Below, in pieces: positions 8,531 through 19,727 of a stretch of DNA of 64,000 bases (position 1 is the first letter of the stretch; the number at the start of each line of letters is the position of its first letter). The notes beneath the pieces were generated by a model. That model saw only the letters and a list, made by a program, of their open reading frames with translations. It was not told where the DNA came from and did no database searches. This stretch comes from an uncultured Verrucomicrobia subdivision 3 bacterium (lineage in GTDB: Bacteria > Verrucomicrobiota > Verrucomicrobiia > Limisphaerales > UBA11358): contig CAJAQO010000038.1 of NCBI GenBank assembly GCA_903944085.1, positions 4,787 through 68,786 on the forward strand, read 5' to 3'. Both the position numbers and the translations under genes were made by a program.

Positions 8531-10865
8531 CATGTTTTTTATTTCCGCCAAACAGCAGCCGCAGGCTGTTCATCACCACAACCACGGTGCTGCCTTCGTG
8601 GCCAACCACGCCGACCGTCAGCGGAATTTTCCCCAGCATCGCAAAAGTTACCAACACCACGACGGTGCCGAGCGAGATGAAAAGATTTTGTCGGATTACG
8701 GCGCGGGCGCGCTGGCTGAGGCGGAAGGCGGCAAGAAAATTTTCCAGCCGGTCATGCATCAGCACCACGTCGGCCTGCTCCAGCGCGGCGTCGGAACCGC
8801 GCGCACCCATCGCCACACCAATGTGCGCGGCAGCCAGGCTCGGCGCGTCGTTCACGCCGTCGCCGATCATGGCCACGCGTTTCCCTTGTCCGCTGAATTC
8901 GCGGATGGCCGCCACTTTCTGCTCCGGCTTCAGTTCGGCGCGCACGTCGTCCAATTTCAATTCGGTGCGCAAATGTTCGGCGGCGGCTTTGCGGTCACCG
9001 GTCAGCACGACGCTGCGCAAACCTTCCTCGCGCAACTCATCAATGACCTGCGCCGCCTGCGGGCGGATGTCGTCGCGCAAAATCACGCGGCCGACCAAAT
9101 TGCCGGCGTCCAGCCAGACCTCGGAAAACCCGGCGTCCGTCGCGGGCACGCGCGCCAGGATTTCCGCGTGCCGGCCTTGTTCAAACCAGTCGCGTCCGCC
9201 GAGCGTGCAGGCCACGCCGTTCCAGTCCGCGCGCAAGCCGTGGCCGGTGACGGATTCAAAATGCGCGAACTCGATGGCCGCAACGCCCTGCTGCTTGCCG
9301 TGGCGCGTGATGGCGCGGGCGAGCGGATGCGTGGATAATTTTTCCAGCGAGTAAGCCAGCTGCGCGATTTCGTTTTCGCGTCCAGGCGGAAAGCTTTCGA
9401 CTTTTTCCACGCGCAGCTCGCCGGTAGTAAGCGTTCCGGTTTTGTCGAGGCAGACGATGTTGACTTCCGCCAGTTTTTCCACCGCGGCACCGCCACGAAA
9501 CAAAATTCCGTGCCGTGCGCCAAACGCTATCGCCGCCAGCACCGCCGACGGAATGGACAGCACCAGCGCGCACGGTGACGACACGACCAGCAGCGTCATC
9601 GTGCGATAAAACGCGCTGTGCGATTCGACGCTCGAAGCAAAGGCCGCCAGATGAAAGCCGAGCCACCACACAAAGAACATCGCCAGGGACAAGCCGAGGA
9701 CGCCGTAAGTGTAAACCGTGCTGAACTTGTCGGCGAACTGCTGGGCGGGCGCTTTTTGCTGCTGGGCTTCCTTGATGAGCGTGATGATTTTTTGCAATGA
9801 ACTTTCGGCGGCGGGCCGGGTGACGAGGACTTCGACTGCGCCCCAGAGATTGATCGTGCCGGCGAGCGCGAGGTCGCCGATCTTTTTTTCGACCGGCGCG
9901 GCTTCGCCGGTGAGATTGGATTCGTCGGCGGCGGTGGTGCCTTTCAAAATTTCCGCGTCCACGGGAAATTGCGCGCCGGGCTTGATGAGCAGGCGCGCGC
10001 CTTTAAGAATTTTTTCCACGGCAACTTCCGTTTCAACGCCGCTCGCATCAATCGCGGTGGCGGTTTTGGGCGCGTCGCGGAACAGCGACCGGATTTCTTT
10101 TTGCGTGCGGCCCAGCGCGTAATGTTCCAGCGCGCCGGAGAAGGAAAACAAAAACAGCAGCGTCGCGCCTTCGGCCCAGGCGTTGATGCACGCGGCGCCG
10201 ACGGCGACGGCCAGCATGAGAAAATGCACGTCCAGCACGCGCTTTTGCAATCGCTCCCAAACTTCTTCCGCCGGGAAAAATCCGCCGGCAAGGTAAGCGG
10301 CGACGAACGCGGCGACTTTGAACGGCGCGGGCAGGACGAATGCCGCCAGCAGGCCGCACACGCCGCAAAGCAGCGCGGCGGCGAGCTGCCATTTCCATTC
10401 GTCCACCGGATGCTCGTCGTCCTCAATCTCCAGCTCAATCGTGCGCGGCTCGATGCGTGGAAACGGCAGGTCGCGCCAGCGCCAGAATTTCGGCGCGGTC
10501 GGACACGTGACGCGCGCGATGGTGGTGGCGTTGCCTTCGGTGCGGATGGTGATTTTTTTGCGCTCGGTTTCGGAAAGCGGCTGGTTGCAGGTGGCGCAGT
10601 CACTTTTGCCGGCGAGCAGGCTGCAATGCTTTTCGGCAACGGCGGATTGCGCGGTGGAAAGCTTTTGCGTGAGCCGTTCCGTCAGCTTCTCCACGTCGGT
10701 GCGGCCCAGCGTGGCGACGGAAATTTTCCGGCGGGCGCGGTCAATCGTCACCGCCTCCAGCGACGGTTCCTCGGCCAGCGTGTCGGCCAGCGAACGCGCG
10801 AGACATTTCTCCAGCTCGCGGCGCGGGCGCGGTTCCTGAGTTTCTTGGGCGGGCGTGGCAGCCAT
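8499..10865 (-). CDS. heavy-metal translocating P1B-type ATPase
   Basis: Motifs present: DKTGTLT, TGD, MIGDGVNDAP, and an SPC motif in TM6 (VVSSPCALVLS). The N-terminus carries HC..(8)..CATC rather than a classic CxxC HMA motif. I chose the start at MAATPAQ (10865); the track ORF extends to 10928. Confidence 0.9.
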   Translation of the reverse strand: MAATPAQETQEPRPRRELEKCLARSLADTLAEEPSLEAVTIDRARRKISVATLGRTDVEKLTERLTQKLSTAQSAVAEKHCSLLAGKSDCATCNQPLSETERKKITIRTEGNATTIARVTCPTAPKFWRWRDLPFPRIEPRTIELEIEDDEHPVDEWKWQLAAALLCGVCGLLAAFVLPAPFKVAAFVAAYLAGGFFPAEEVWERLQKRVLDVHFLMLAVAVGAACINAWAEGATLLFLFSFSGALEHYALGRTQKEIRSLFRDAPKTATAIDASGVETEVAVEKILKGARLLIKPGAQFPVDAEILKGTTAADESNLTGEAAPVEKKIGDLALAGTINLWGAVEVLVTRPAAESSLQKIITLIKEAQQQKAPAQQFADKFSTVYTYGVLGLSLAMFFVWWLGFHLAAFASSVESHSAFYRTMTLLVVSSPCALVLSIPSAVLAAIAFGARHGILFRGGAAVEKLAEVNIVCLDKTGTLTTGELRVEKVESFPPGRENEIAQLAYSLEKLSTHPLARAITRHGKQQGVAAIEFAHFESVTGHGLRADWNGVACTLGGRDWFEQGRHAEILARVPATDAGFSEVWLDAGNLVGRVILRDDIRPQAAQVIDELREEGLRSVVLTGDRKAAAEHLRTELKLDDVRAELKPEQKVAAIREFSGQGKRVAMIGDGVNDAPSLAAAHIGVAMGARGSDAALEQADVVLMHDRLENFLAAFRLSQRARAVIRQNLFISLGTVVVLVTFAMLGKIPLTVGVVGHEGSTVVVVMNSLRLLFGGNKKHEPQMDTDKHG

Positions 10866-11004
10866 AAGTTGAATTTTATCATAGCCCCCGGAAAACGGCG
10901 ATGGCAAAAAAGCGCCATAAAATGACAATTCCCGGTATTGTCCTGCGGGGTATTAAATGGCATTGTTTGACGTCATCAGTTTTAATACAGCTTTAATATA
11001 AATT

Positions 11005-12822
11005 ATGTCGAACACCCAAATCAAACGTCCCGTCACCGCCAACTCAAAACTCAACGCCTGGGTGCAGGAAATGATCCAGCTGTGCGAACCCGCCGCCGTG
11101 CATTGGTGCGACGGCTCGGCCGCCGAGAACCAGGCCTTGTGCGACCTCATGGTCAAGCACGGCACGTTTATCAAACTCAACGAAAAGCTGCGCCCTGGCT
11201 CGTATCTCGCGCGGTCGCATCCGAGCGACGTGGCGCGCGTGGAGGACCGGACGTTTATCTGCTCCAAAACCAAGCAGGAGGCCGGGCCGACAAATCACTG
11301 GGCCGATCCGGTCGAGATGAAAAAGACGATGCTCGAACGCTTCAAGGGCTGCATGCAGGGCCGCACCCTGTATGTCATCCCCTTCGCGATGGGGCCGCTG
11401 GACTCGCCCATTTGTAAAATCGGCATTGAAATCACCGACTCGCCCTACGTCGTCGTCAACATGCGCATCATGACGCGCATGGGCAAAATCGTTTTGGACA
11501 AGCTCGGCGCGGACGGCAAATTCATTCCCTGCATGCACTCGGTCGGCGCGCCGCTGGCACCCGGTCAAAAGGATGTTTCCTGGCCGTGCGAACCCGATCC
11601 AAAAAAGAAATACATCGTTCACTTTCCCGACGATCCTTCCATTTGGTCTTACGGCTCCGGTTACGGCGGCAACGCGCTGCTGGGTAAAAAATGTCTCGCG
11701 CTGCGCATCGCCTCGGTGGTTGCCAAGCGCGAAGGCTGGCTGGCGGAACACATGCTCATCCTCGGCCTCACCTCGCCCGCCGGCAAAAAATATTATGTCG
11801 CCGCCGCGTTTCCGAGCGCCTGCGGAAAAACCAACCTCGCGATGATGCAGCCCACGCTGCCCGGCTGGAAAGTCTCCACGCTCGGCGACGACATTGCCTG
11901 GATCCGCATCGGCAAGGACGGCCACCTTTACGCGATGAACCCGGAAACCGGATTTTTCGGCGTTGCGCCGGGGACTTCCAAACAGTCCAATCCGCACGCG
12001 CTGACCTCGTGCGCGAAGAACACCATTTTCACCAACGTCGTGCTAACGCCGGACAATGATGTTTGGTGGGAAGACATGGGCGTGCCCGCGCCCGCGCACG
12101 GCATTGATTGGGAAGGCAACGCGTGGACGCCGACCAGCGGCAAGAAAGGCGCGCACGCCAACTCGCGCTTCACCGCGCCGGCTTCGCAATGTCCGGTGAT
12201 TGATCCTGACTGGCAGAATCCCGAAGGCGTGCCGCTCGCGGCCATCATGTTCGGCGGCCGCCGGCCCAGCACCATTCCGCTCGTCAACGAAGCCTTCGAC
12301 TGGGAACACGGCGTGTTCATGGGTTCGGCCTGCGGCTCGGAAACGACCGCGGCCGCGCTGGGCGCGGCCGGCGTTTTGCGCCGCGATCCGTTCGCGATGC
12401 TGCCGTTCTGCGGCTACAGCATGGATGATTATTTTGCGCACTGGCTGTCCTTCGCCAAGAAAACCGACCGCGCCAAACTGCCGAAGGTTTATTTCGTGAA
12501 CTGGTTCCGCAAGAGCGCCGAAGGCAAATTCCTCTGGCCCGGCTACGGCGACAACTCCCGCGTGCTGAAATGGATTTGCGAGCGCGTGGAAGGCACCGGC
12601 AAGGCGCACAAAACGGCCATCGGCAATCTGCCCACGCCGGACGCGCTGGATTTGAAAGGCCTGAACCTCACCGCCGAAAACGTGAAGGAACTGCTGGCCG
12701 TGGACGTGGCCGGCTGGCGCAACGAAATCACCGACGTGGCGGCCAACTACGCCAAGTTCGGCGACCACCTGCCCAAAGCCCTGAACCAGCAGCTCGACAG
12801 CCTGCGCCAGCGGCTGGGTTGA
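11005..12822 (+). CDS. pckG: phosphoenolpyruvate carboxykinase (GTP)
   Basis: 605 aa with [11 protein letters not shown] (kinase-1a), [15 protein letters not shown], and FGGRRP, typical of GTP-PEPCK. Confidence 0.95.
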   Translation: MSNTQIKRPVTANSKLNAWVQEMIQLCEPAAVHWCDGSAAENQALCDLMVKHGTFIKLNEKLRPGSYLARSHPSDVARVEDRTFICSKTKQEAGPTNHWADPVEMKKTMLERFKGCMQGRTLYVIPFAMGPLDSPICKIGIEITDSPYVVVNMRIMTRMGKIVLDKLGADGKFIPCMHSVGAPLAPGQKDVSWPCEPDPKKKYIVHFPDDPSIWSYGSGYGGNALLGKKCLALRIASVVAKREGWLAEHMLILGLTSPAGKKYYVAAAFPSACGKTNLAMMQPTLPGWKVSTLGDDIAWIRIGKDGHLYAMNPETGFFGVAPGTSKQSNPHALTSCAKNTIFTNVVLTPDNDVWWEDMGVPAPAHGIDWEGNAWTPTSGKKGAHANSRFTAPASQCPVIDPDWQNPEGVPLAAIMFGGRRPSTIPLVNEAFDWEHGVFMGSACGSETTAAALGAAGVLRRDPFAMLPFCGYSMDDYFAHWLSFAKKTDRAKLPKVYFVNWFRKSAEGKFLWPGYGDNSRVLKWICERVEGTGKAHKTAIGNLPTPDALDLKGLNLTAENVKELLAVDVAGWRNEITDVAANYAKFGDHLPKALNQQLDSLRQRLG

Positions 12823-12853
12823 GCACGCACGGGCACGCTGCCTTAAAATCAAA

Positions 12854-12887
12854 CTGCCGGAACGTTTCCCGTTCCGGCAGTTTTTTT
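12854..12887 (+). terminator. rho-independent terminator of pckG
   Basis: CTGCCGGAACG-tttcc-CGTTCCGGCAG followed by TTTTTTT. Confidence 0.8.
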
Positions 12888-13080
12888 ATCGGTCGGCGCT
12901 GCGCCCGCCCCGAAAGCTCATACCGCCATCACGCCGGCGGACACCGCCCAAACGCCCGGCTGCTTTGCGCGAAAAGCAGGGATGCTGGGTCTAAAGAGCA
13001 GGGCTGCGCATCGCCTTCAGCACCAGTGCTTGGCTTGAGCCGCAAGGATGCAAAACCCGCTCGGCAAGGATGCAGAAACG

Positions 13081-13216
13081 GCAGTTTGTGGGGACGAGCG
13101 CGGGCGGAGCGCGGCCGTCCCTGGCCGAAGCAATGTCCAGACGGCAACGCGCATTCGTCAATCCGATGCCGGAGTGTTTTGCCGCGTTGCAGCGCCCGGG
13201 GACGGGCGCGCTCCGG
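13081..13216 (+). repeat. repeat family A, copy 2
   Basis: CAGTTTGTGGGGACGAGCGCGGGCGGAGCGCGGCC...GCGCATTCGTCAATCCGATGCCGG...GTTGCAGCGCCCGGGGACGGGCGCGCTCCG aligns with 2932-3069. Confidence 0.7.
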
Positions 13217-13382
13217 GCGGTTTTTAGGCGTGAGGATGGACGGCAACCGGGATGCTCGCGCTTGTATCTGAATTTCCATCTAACCTTGTCTGTGCGCGAA
13301 GGCTTGGAAAGATGGGACAATCCTGCCGCCGGCACGACTCCAGGCAAAACGCCTTGGACGAAGCGGCTGAATAGTGAAAAGT

Positions 13383-13418
13383 AAACCGGCGGCGGTCACA
13401 TCTGACCGCCGCCGGTTT
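13383..13418 (-). terminator. 16-bp perfect hairpin downstream of icd (possibly a bidirectional terminator)
   Basis: AAACCGGCGGCGGTCA-catc-TGACCGCCGCCGGTTT, with T-rich runs on both sides. Confidence 0.65.
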
Positions 13419-13467
13419 GAATTTTTATTTAGGCAAGGTGGCCGCGCGGCAACGCCGCCCGGGCAGA

Positions 13468-14733
13468 TTACATATGCGCGATGATATTATCGCCGAATGC
13501 GGAGCATTTGATCTCGGTGCCGCCTTCCATCTGCCGCGCGAAGTCGTAGGTGACGCGCTTGCTGCCAATCGCGCCGTTCAGACCTTTCAAAATCAAGTCC
13601 GCCGCCTCGGTCCAGCCCAAATAGCGGAACATCATTTCGCCAGAGAGCACGACGGAGCCGGGATTGACGACATCTTTGTTCGCATATTTTGGCGCGGTGC
13701 CGTGCGTGGCTTCAAAAATCGCGTGGCCGGAGACATAATTGATGTTGCCGCCGGGCGCGATGCCGATGCCGCCGACTTGCGCCGCGAGCGCGTCGCTCAA
13801 ATAATCGCCGTTGAGGTTGAGCGTGGCGATCACGTCAAAATCCGTCGGGCGCGTGAGCACCTGCTGGAGCGTGATGTCGGCAATGGCATCCTTGATGACG
13901 ATGCCCGCGCCGGGTTTGCCTTCGGGGATTTTGCACCACGGGCCGCCGTCAATTTCCACCGCGCCGAATTCGCTCTTGGCGAGTTCGTAAGCCCAGTCGC
14001 GGAAGCCGCCCTCGGTGTATTTCATGATGTTGCCCTTGTGGACAATCGTCACGGACTTGCTCTTGTTCGTGATGGCATATTGCACGGCGGAGCGGAACAG
14101 GCGCTGCGTGCCGGTCTTGCTCACCGGCTTGATGCCGATGCCGACGACTTCGGGCGTTTCGCCGAAACGGATTTTCTTGAAATCTTTCGGAAAATTCGTT
14201 TTAAGAAATTCAATCGTCTTGAGCGCCGCTTCCTTGCCGGCCTCAAAATCAATGCCCGCGTAAATGTCCTCGGTGTTCTCGCGGAAGATGACCATGTTGA
14301 CCTTCTCGGGATGTTTCACGGGTGACGGCACGCCGGTGAACCATTGCACGGGCCGCAGACAGACGTAGAGATCCAGCATCTGGCGCAACGCGACGTTGAG
14401 CGAGCGGATGCCGCCGCCGACGGGCGTGGTGAGCGGGCCTTTGATACCAACGAGATATTCCTTGAACGCCTCGACGGTGTCGTCGGGCAGCCAGTTGTTA
14501 AATTTCTTGAAGGATTCCTCGCCGGCGAAGACTTCGAACCAGGAAATTTTGCGTTTGCCGCCGTAGGCTTTTTCCACCGCCGCGTCGAACACGCGCACGC
14601 TGGCGGCCCAGATGTCCGGGCCGGTGCCGTCGCCGCGGATGAACGGCAGGATGGGATTCGCCGGCACGTTGAGCTTGCCGTTGGTGATGGTAATTTTTCC
14701 GCCCGCAGGCGGGGTCACGTCTTTATAGGCCAT
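13468..14733 (-). CDS. icd: NADP-dependent isocitrate dehydrogenase
   Basis: 421 aa with [33 protein letters not shown] and HGTAPK, typical of homodimeric Icd. Confidence 0.95.
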   Translation of the reverse strand: MAYKDVTPPAGGKITITNGKLNVPANPILPFIRGDGTGPDIWAASVRVFDAAVEKAYGGKRKISWFEVFAGEESFKKFNNWLPDDTVEAFKEYLVGIKGPLTTPVGGGIRSLNVALRQMLDLYVCLRPVQWFTGVPSPVKHPEKVNMVIFRENTEDIYAGIDFEAGKEAALKTIEFLKTNFPKDFKKIRFGETPEVVGIGIKPVSKTGTQRLFRSAVQYAITNKSKSVTIVHKGNIMKYTEGGFRDWAYELAKSEFGAVEIDGGPWCKIPEGKPGAGIVIKDAIADITLQQVLTRPTDFDVIATLNLNGDYLSDALAAQVGGIGIAPGGNINYVSGHAIFEATHGTAPKYANKDVVNPGSVVLSGEMMFRYLGWTEAADLILKGLNGAIGSKRVTYDFARQMEGGTEIKCSAFGDNIIAHM

Positions 14734-14864
14734 GATGTCAATTTTGTTTATTAAAAGCTTAAATCCTTCGGCGGAATGAAACGGAGGAATGCGCCCGAAA
14801 TCAAGAAAAGAAAACGGAATTGAGAAAATTATTTGGCCGCATCGGTGCGCGGCGCGGTTCCCGG

Positions 14865-15494
14865 CTAGGTTTCCACATCCTCGCCCAGCTCAACATTCCA
14901 ATAGGCGAGGTCCACAAAATGCCGCCAACTGTCGTGCTTGTGCAGCGTGAAGTTGATCTGCACGAACGGCCGCCATTTCGGCCGCTTGGGCTTGCGCACC
15001 AGGTTCATGCCCGCCTCGAACGGCGTGCGGTTGGACTTGCGCGTGTTGCAGGCGATGCACGAGCACACGATGTTTTCCCAACTCGTCGGGCCGCCCCGGT
15101 CGCGCGGGATGACGTGGTCGAGGTTCAGGTCGTTGCGCGCAAAAATTTTCCCGCAATACTGGCAGGTGTCCTTGTCGCGCTCAAAAATGTTGTGCCGGGT
15201 GAACTTCACTTCCTTCTTCGGCATCCGGTCATACAGAAACAGCAAAATAATTTTCGGCACGCGGATGCGGAAGGAGATGGCATGGATGGATTCATCCGCC
15301 GGCGCGCCCGCAGAAACATCGCGCCACTCCTGAAAATTGAAGGTGCGGAACGAGCCGTCGGGGTTGTCCATGACCACCTGGGCATGGCCTTGAAACAGCA
15401 GCGTGAGCGCCCGGCGGGCGGTGCAGACATTGACTGCCTGCCAGAGCCGGTTCAACACGAGCACATGTTGGTTCAACGCGGATTTCATCGGCAC
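14865..15494 (-). CDS. HNH endonuclease family protein
   Basis: CQYCG...[31 protein letters not shown] is a CxxC...H-N-H...CxxC nuclease core. Confidence 0.85.
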   Translation of the reverse strand: MPMKSALNQHVLVLNRLWQAVNVCTARRALTLLFQGHAQVVMDNPDGSFRTFNFQEWRDVSAGAPADESIHAISFRIRVPKIILLFLYDRMPKKEVKFTRHNIFERDKDTCQYCGKIFARNDLNLDHVIPRDRGGPTSWENIVCSCIACNTRKSNRTPFEAGMNLVRKPKRPKWRPFVQINFTLHKHDSWRHFVDLAYWNVELGEDVET

Positions 15495-15672
15495 GACGGC
15501 GGGACAATAGCAAAAGGATTTTCACCGGTCAACGGCGCAGGTGCCGCGTTGCCAATTTGTCACCGACCGCAGACGGACTGCTGAAATGGAGTGCCGGACT
15601 TGGTTTGACGTTTAAAATTATCGCGCCGCTTCCGCCGCAATTTATTTCCCTCGGTGAACGAATTGGTTTAGA

Positions 15673-18162
15673 TTGGGTCAAATTGTGCCAAGCATCATGT
15701 TACAGCTTAAAAAATTCTGGCCCGTGCCGTGCAGCGTTGTCGCCGGGTTGGCGATCTGGGCCGGTTGCGAAACCGGCCAAATGGCACCGCCGACGGCGGT
15801 GGCTCTGCCGGTGAACAGCCTCAAGCCGGGGCCGGACGACCCGCGCATCGCCTGGTTCGCGGCGCGGCTGCTGGAGAACTACCATTATTTGCAGCATCCG
15901 CTGGACAAGGAAATGTCGGCCAAGTTTTTCGACGGTTACATTGATTCGCTGGATCCGCGCCACGAGCATTTTTTGCAGAGCGACTTAGCCGGGTTTGCGT
16001 CGTTTCGCACAAACCTCGACAAGCTGACGCTGGGCCGGGAATTCGCGGCGGATTTGTCGCCGGCCTTTGCTGTTTACGAGCGCTACCAGGAACGGTTTCA
16101 ACAGCACACCGCGTATGTGAACGAGCTGTTGAAGCAAGATAAATTCAAGTTCAACACGGACGAGAAAATCCAGATTGACCGGCGGCACGAGCCGTTTCCG
16201 AAAGATCTGGCCGAGGCGCAGCAGCTCTGGCGGCAGCATGTGCGCTATGAATATTTGCAGGACAAGCTGGCGGCGGAAATTTTCGAAACCAACGGCGTGT
16301 TCACCGTCAAGCTGCCGGCGGAGTCGAACACCAACATCATCGCTTCGCTCGAAAAGCACTACCGCTGGAATCTGCATCTGATGACGAATCAGGACAGCGA
16401 CACGGTGCTGTCGGCTTATTTGAACGCGCTGGCGCACGCCTACGATCCACATTCGGATTACATGAGCGCGCCGCACGCGCAGGATTTTTCCATCGGGATG
16501 AATTTGTCACTGTTTGGCATCGGCGCACAACTGATGGAAGACGACGGCTATTGCACCATTCACATGCTGGTGCCGGGCGGGCCGGCGAGCAAAAGCAAGC
16601 TGCTCAGTGAAAAAGACCGCATCGTCGCGGTGGCGCAGGGCGGCAAGCCGCCGGTGGACGTGGTGGACATGGAACTGGAAAAAGTCGTCCAGCAAATCCG
16701 CGGGCCGAAAGGCACGGAGGTGCGGCTGACCGTCAGCCCGGCACCGGATTTCACAACGCGCAAAGTGGTCAGCCTGGTCCGCGACGAAATCAAGCTCGAA
16801 GATTCGGAAGCCAAGGCCAAGCTGATTGAAATGCCGGACAACCACGGCGGCACGAATCGGCTGGGCATCATCGAGCTGCCGTCGTTTTATGCGCCGGTGG
16901 ACTTGTCGGCCAACAACGGCCGTGCCACGCCTAAATTCACGTCGGTGGATGTTGCCAAGCTGGTCAAGAAGCTCAAGCAGGAGCATGTTTCCGGCATCAT
17001 TATTGATCTGCGTTCCAATCCCGGCGGCTCGCTCGAAGAGGCAATCAAGTTCACCGGCCTGTTCATCAAAGAAGGTCCGGTGGTGCAGGCGCGCAATCCC
17101 GACGGCGCGGTGACGGTGGATAAGGACACCGATCCGGAGGAGCTTTACACCGGCCCGCTGGCGGTGATGATCAACCGCTTCAGCGCTTCGGCGGCGGAAA
17201 TTGCGGCGGCGGCGCTGCAGGATTACGGTCGCGCGCTGATCGTGGGCGACACGTCCACGCACGGCAAAGGCACGGTGCAAAATCTGAACCCGCTTAAGCC
17301 GTTCATGATTAACAGCACGAATGATCCCGGCGCGCTCAAAATCACGATCCGCAAATTTTACCGCGTGAATGGCGCGTCCACGCAGCTCAAAGGCGTCGTG
17401 CCGGACATCATTTTGCCGGACGTGCTGAATTACTGGACGCAGATTGGCGAAACGAATTTGGACAATCCGCTGGCGTGGGACACGATCCAGCCGGCGGACT
17501 TCGAGAAATTCAACCTCGTCCAGCCGGCGCTTGCCGAATTGCAGCAGCGTTCCAGCGCGCGCCTTCTGACCAATCAGGATTTCGCCTACGTCCAGCAGGA
17601 CATCGAGCAATATAAAAAATCGCAGGCCGACCGGACGGCCACGCTCAACGAACGCGAGGCCATCAAGGAGCGCGAACGCAACGCGCTGCAAAACAAGGCG
17701 CGCGACAAGGAGCGGGACAGCCGGCCGCTTCCGAACCTGAAAATTTATGAATTGACCGTCAAGAATTCGACCGAGCCGGGACTGCCGGAGGCGAAACCGT
17801 TTTTCACGACGAACTATGAAACGAGCGGTTCGGTAATTTCTGCCCGGCCTGAACTGCGTCCGAAAAATGAGGTGGTCTATGTCTTCACGAATTTTTTCAC
17901 GACCGGTTATGCCACGGATTTCGCGCATTATTTTCACACGAATTATCCCAGCCTGGCGGATGTTAAATTCATTTACACCAATTCGGCCGCCACCAACATC
18001 ATCGCCGAGCACACCAGTCCGCTGGCCGCGACCAACCAGCTCTTCAAGCCAGTGGTGAGCAAGACCTACGGGCCTGACCCGGTGCAGGACGAGACCGAGC
18101 GCATTCTTGAAGATTATATTTCGTTATTGTCAAAAAGTGGTAGCTTGACGGTGAACCCATGA
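15673..18162 (+). CDS. prc: S41 carboxy-terminal processing (tail-specific) protease
   Basis: PDZ-like segment followed by the S41 core (IIDLRSNPGGSL, GDTSTHGKGTVQ). Large 829-aa Prc-like form. The start may be the MLQLKKF Met at 15697. Confidence 0.85.
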   Translation: MGQIVPSIMLQLKKFWPVPCSVVAGLAIWAGCETGQMAPPTAVALPVNSLKPGPDDPRIAWFAARLLENYHYLQHPLDKEMSAKFFDGYIDSLDPRHEHFLQSDLAGFASFRTNLDKLTLGREFAADLSPAFAVYERYQERFQQHTAYVNELLKQDKFKFNTDEKIQIDRRHEPFPKDLAEAQQLWRQHVRYEYLQDKLAAEIFETNGVFTVKLPAESNTNIIASLEKHYRWNLHLMTNQDSDTVLSAYLNALAHAYDPHSDYMSAPHAQDFSIGMNLSLFGIGAQLMEDDGYCTIHMLVPGGPASKSKLLSEKDRIVAVAQGGKPPVDVVDMELEKVVQQIRGPKGTEVRLTVSPAPDFTTRKVVSLVRDEIKLEDSEAKAKLIEMPDNHGGTNRLGIIELPSFYAPVDLSANNGRATPKFTSVDVAKLVKKLKQEHVSGIIIDLRSNPGGSLEEAIKFTGLFIKEGPVVQARNPDGAVTVDKDTDPEELYTGPLAVMINRFSASAAEIAAAALQDYGRALIVGDTSTHGKGTVQNLNPLKPFMINSTNDPGALKITIRKFYRVNGASTQLKGVVPDIILPDVLNYWTQIGETNLDNPLAWDTIQPADFEKFNLVQPALAELQQRSSARLLTNQDFAYVQQDIEQYKKSQADRTATLNEREAIKERERNALQNKARDKERDSRPLPNLKIYELTVKNSTEPGLPEAKPFFTTNYETSGSVISARPELRPKNEVVYVFTNFFTTGYATDFAHYFHTNYPSLADVKFIYTNSAATNIIAEHTSPLAATNQLFKPVVSKTYGPDPVQDETERILEDYISLLSKSGSLTVNP

Positions 18163-18782
18163 CCGTTATGAAAAAATCTGTTTCGATTGCCTGCGTGCTG
18201 TTCACGGCCGGAATCGGGCTGGCGCAGGAAGTCAATTATTCCATTGCCAAGCAGCAGGCCAGACGCGACAGTGCGCAGAACGACGCGGAGCAACAGCGGA
18301 TTGCTCGGGAGGCCAACGGTCCCGGCGGAGCTTCCGCCGCGCCCGGTGCCGCCGCCGCCTCGGCGGCGCCCGTTGATCCTGCGTTGCAGGCGACATTGAG
18401 CAACGTCGCCGGTTTGAAGTCCGATTTTGCCGCCGTGATCAGTTCCACCGGCGACAAGCCTGATCCTGCGCAAAAAGATTCGCTGCTCAACAATTTGTCG
18501 CAGGCGGCGCAGGGCGCGAAAAAGGCTTCGGCCAACTCTGTTAAAAAGCTGGCGGATGACCTTTTGACGGCGGTGGCGGGAAATAAAAAATTGGCGGTGG
18601 CACAGCAGACGAAGCTGGCGCGCGAAGTCCACGCTCTTTTCAACAGCGCGCATCTTTCGGCGGCGCAGCAGCAGTCGCTGTTCACCGACGTGCAGAAAAT
18701 TCTCACCGACGGCGGTGCCACGCTGGACGACGCCGTGAATGTCGTGACCGACCTCAAGGCGGTGGCCGACGAAACCAAGTAG
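18159..18782 (+). CDS. hypothetical secreted Ala/Gln-rich protein
   Basis: Signal peptide (KKSVSIACVLFTAGIGLAQE). ATGA overlap with the prc stop suggests co-translation. No recognisable domain. Confidence 0.55.
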   Translation: MTVMKKSVSIACVLFTAGIGLAQEVNYSIAKQQARRDSAQNDAEQQRIAREANGPGGASAAPGAAAASAAPVDPALQATLSNVAGLKSDFAAVISSTGDKPDPAQKDSLLNNLSQAAQGAKKASANSVKKLADDLLTAVAGNKKLAVAQQTKLAREVHALFNSAHLSAAQQQSLFTDVQKILTDGGATLDDAVNVVTDLKAVADETK

Positions 18783-18784
18783 CC

Positions 18785-18997
18785 ATGCGGCTCGTCAAAT
18801 GCCCGACCTGCAAAAAGTCCGGCGACTGGCTGGCCGGAAAATACGGCCCGTTCTGTTCGCACCGCTGCAAGCTCGTTGACCTCGGCAAATGGTTTAGCGG
18901 TGAAAATGTCATTTCCGAACCGCTCAAGCCGGAGCACTTTGAAAAATACGCCGACCTGCCGCCCGGTGAATATCTCGACAAACCTGAAGCAGAATAA
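18785..18997 (+). CDS. yacG: DNA gyrase inhibitor YacG (zinc finger)
   Basis: VKCPTCKK...GPFCSHRCKLVDLGKW matches the YacG C4 zinc-finger signature. It starts 2 nt after the upstream stop. Confidence 0.8.
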   Translation: MRLVKCPTCKKSGDWLAGKYGPFCSHRCKLVDLGKWFSGENVISEPLKPEHFEKYADLPPGEYLDKPEAE

Positions 18998-19057
18998 TTG
19001 CAAATGGTGTAAGGTTTTCCAATTTGACCCGACCAAGCTGGCGAAGTTGAACCCAAA

Positions 19058-19726
19058 ATGAGAAGCGCTATTTTAATTCTGCTGGCTGTTGGCGCGGTGA
19101 ATTTTTCCTGCTCACGCCCGGTTCAAGCTGTTCCACCCGTTAAACCTGTTGAAACCATGACTACTCCCGAATCAAATCCGACCAACAAAATTGAAATCGC
19201 CGACCTTGGCGGCGGCTGCTTTTGGTGCATGGAAGCTGTTTTTGAGCGGCTGCCCGGCGTGGTTTCCGTCACCAGCGGTTTCGCCGGCGGCACCACCGAG
19301 AATCCGACTTACCGCGAAGTTTGCACCGAGACCACCGGCCATGCCGAGGTGACGGAGATTGCTTTTGATCCCGCGAAAATTTCCTACGCGAAGCTGCTCG
19401 AAGTTTTCTGGCAGGCGCACGACCCGACCACGCTCAACCGGCAGGGCGCGGACGAGGGCACGTCGTATCGCTCCATTATTTTATACCGAGACGAGAAGCA
19501 GAAGTTGCTGGCGGAAAAATCCAAGCTGGAGGCGCAGAAAGATTTTCACAATCTCATCGTCACGGAAATCGTGCCGCTCAAAAAATTTTACCAGGCCGAG
19601 GATTATCACCAGCAATATTACGACAATAATTCCAGCGCCGGCTATTGCCAGGTGGTCATCGCGCCCAAACTGCAAAAACTCGAACACAAGAAAGTCATCG
19701 AGGAAACGCCGCAGGTGAAAAAGTAA
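19058..19726 (+). CDS. msrA: peptide-methionine (S)-S-oxide reductase, with signal peptide
   Basis: GGGCFWCMEAVF, GFAGG...NPTY.EVC...TGHAEV and YHQQY are MsrA motifs. Confidence 0.95.
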   Translation: MRSAILILLAVGAVNFSCSRPVQAVPPVKPVETMTTPESNPTNKIEIADLGGGCFWCMEAVFERLPGVVSVTSGFAGGTTENPTYREVCTETTGHAEVTEIAFDPAKISYAKLLEVFWQAHDPTTLNRQGADEGTSYRSIILYRDEKQKLLAEKSKLEAQKDFHNLIVTEIVPLKKFYQAEDYHQQYYDNNSSAGYCQVVIAPKLQKLEHKKVIEETPQVKK

Positions 19727-19727
19727 A

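Noticed and set aside
12900-13380. ORFs 12929..13279(-), 12991..13347(-) and 13070..13384(+) between pckG and icd
   Set aside because: They are translations of repeat family A and neighbouring GC-rich hairpin modules. The same peptide strings (for example ..LQRPGTGALR..) recur wherever the repeat occurs.
14865-15494. The HNH endonuclease as part of a defence or mobile element (restriction system, homing endonuclease, phage terminase partner)
   Set aside because: It is flanked only by icd and the prc operon. No methyltransferase, integrase, terminase, repeats or compositional break are present. The protein resembles the widespread stand-alone chromosomal HNH family.
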